Below, piece after piece: positions 63,601-64,000 of a DNA stretch of 64,000 bases. The notes under the pieces were generated by a model. That model made no database searches. It had not been told where the DNA came from and worked only from the letters and a program-made list of their open reading frames with translations. Each line of letters opens with the position of its first letter. The first letter of the stretch is position 1. The stretch is from NCBI GenBank assembly GCA_964016885.1, contig OZ024755.1:42656001-42720000 (forward strand). Direction: 5' to 3'. Source of the DNA: Eledone cirrhosa (Eukaryota). A program made the position numbers and the translations under genes.

Positions 63601-64000
63601 GCAGTGACAAGGAAGCTGTGTTGTGTATAGGAAGAAGTAGTCGGACATTATGTACTAGCAGAGGGAACAGTAAGTTGGTAGTTGCCAGGAAGCTGTGTTG
63701 TGTATAGGAAGAAGTAGTCAGACATTATGTACTAGTAGAGGGAACAGTCAGCTGTGTTGTGTATAGGAAGAAGTAGTGAGACACTATGTACTAGCAGAGG
63801 AAGCAGTAAGCTGGTAGTGGCAAGGAAGCTGTGTTGTGTATAGGAAGAAGTAGTCAGACATTATGTACTAGCACAGGGAACATTAAGCTGGCAGTGGCAA
63901 GGAAGCTGTGTTGTGTATAGGGAGAAGTAGTCAGTCACTATGTACTAGCAGAGGGAACAGTAAATTGGCAATGGCAAGGAAGCTGTGTTGTGTATAGGAA
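36678..64000. repeat. 77-bp satellite DNA array, over 27 kb, about 360 monomers, runs off the window
   Basis: Consensus AGGAAGAAGTAGTCAGACAYTATGTACTAGCAGAGGGAACAGTAAGCTGGCAGTGGCAAGGAAGCTGTGTTGTGTAT (e.g. starts 37641, 37718). 59-bp variants lack AAGCTGGCAGTGGCAAGG. The ORF track shows no ORFs here. Confidence 0.97.

Noticed and set aside
36678-64000. CRISPR-like array
   Set aside because: Monomers are contiguous with no unique spacers, there are no cas genes, and the context is eukaryotic.

Overview
Eukaryotic, AT-rich, repeat-dense genomic DNA. The SINE/RTE repertoire and microsatellite style suggest an octopod cephalopod; this is an inference from recalled repeat families, not a database match. 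There is one real protein-coding gene: a four-coding-exon TMEM180/MFSD13A-like MFS membrane protein on the minus strand (22551-21664, 20542-20388, 19486-19403, 16988-16712; 467 aa), with canonical GT-AG junctions and consistent phases. The rest of 1-36.6 kb consists of tRNA-derived SINEs (a Meta-like and a CORE-like family), decayed RTE LINEs (one with a twin-priming-type 5' inversion), R4/Dong-like RLE LINEs sitting in microsatellites, a D,D34D mariner, a TIR-complete maT/DD37D-type transposon, several MITEs/foldbacks, TE-seeded minisatellites, a perfect 119-bp-arm palindrome and two Penelope-type hammerhead motifs. From about 36,678 to the window end (over 27 kb) is an uninterrupted 77-bp satellite array with a 59-bp deletion variant and patchwork higher-order duplications. 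I see no CRISPR array, rRNA, true tRNA or convincing novel multi-gene system. The best candidates for something new are the satellite and its higher-order structure, an (ACAT)n-associated R4-like LINE, the inverted RTE and the hairpins.
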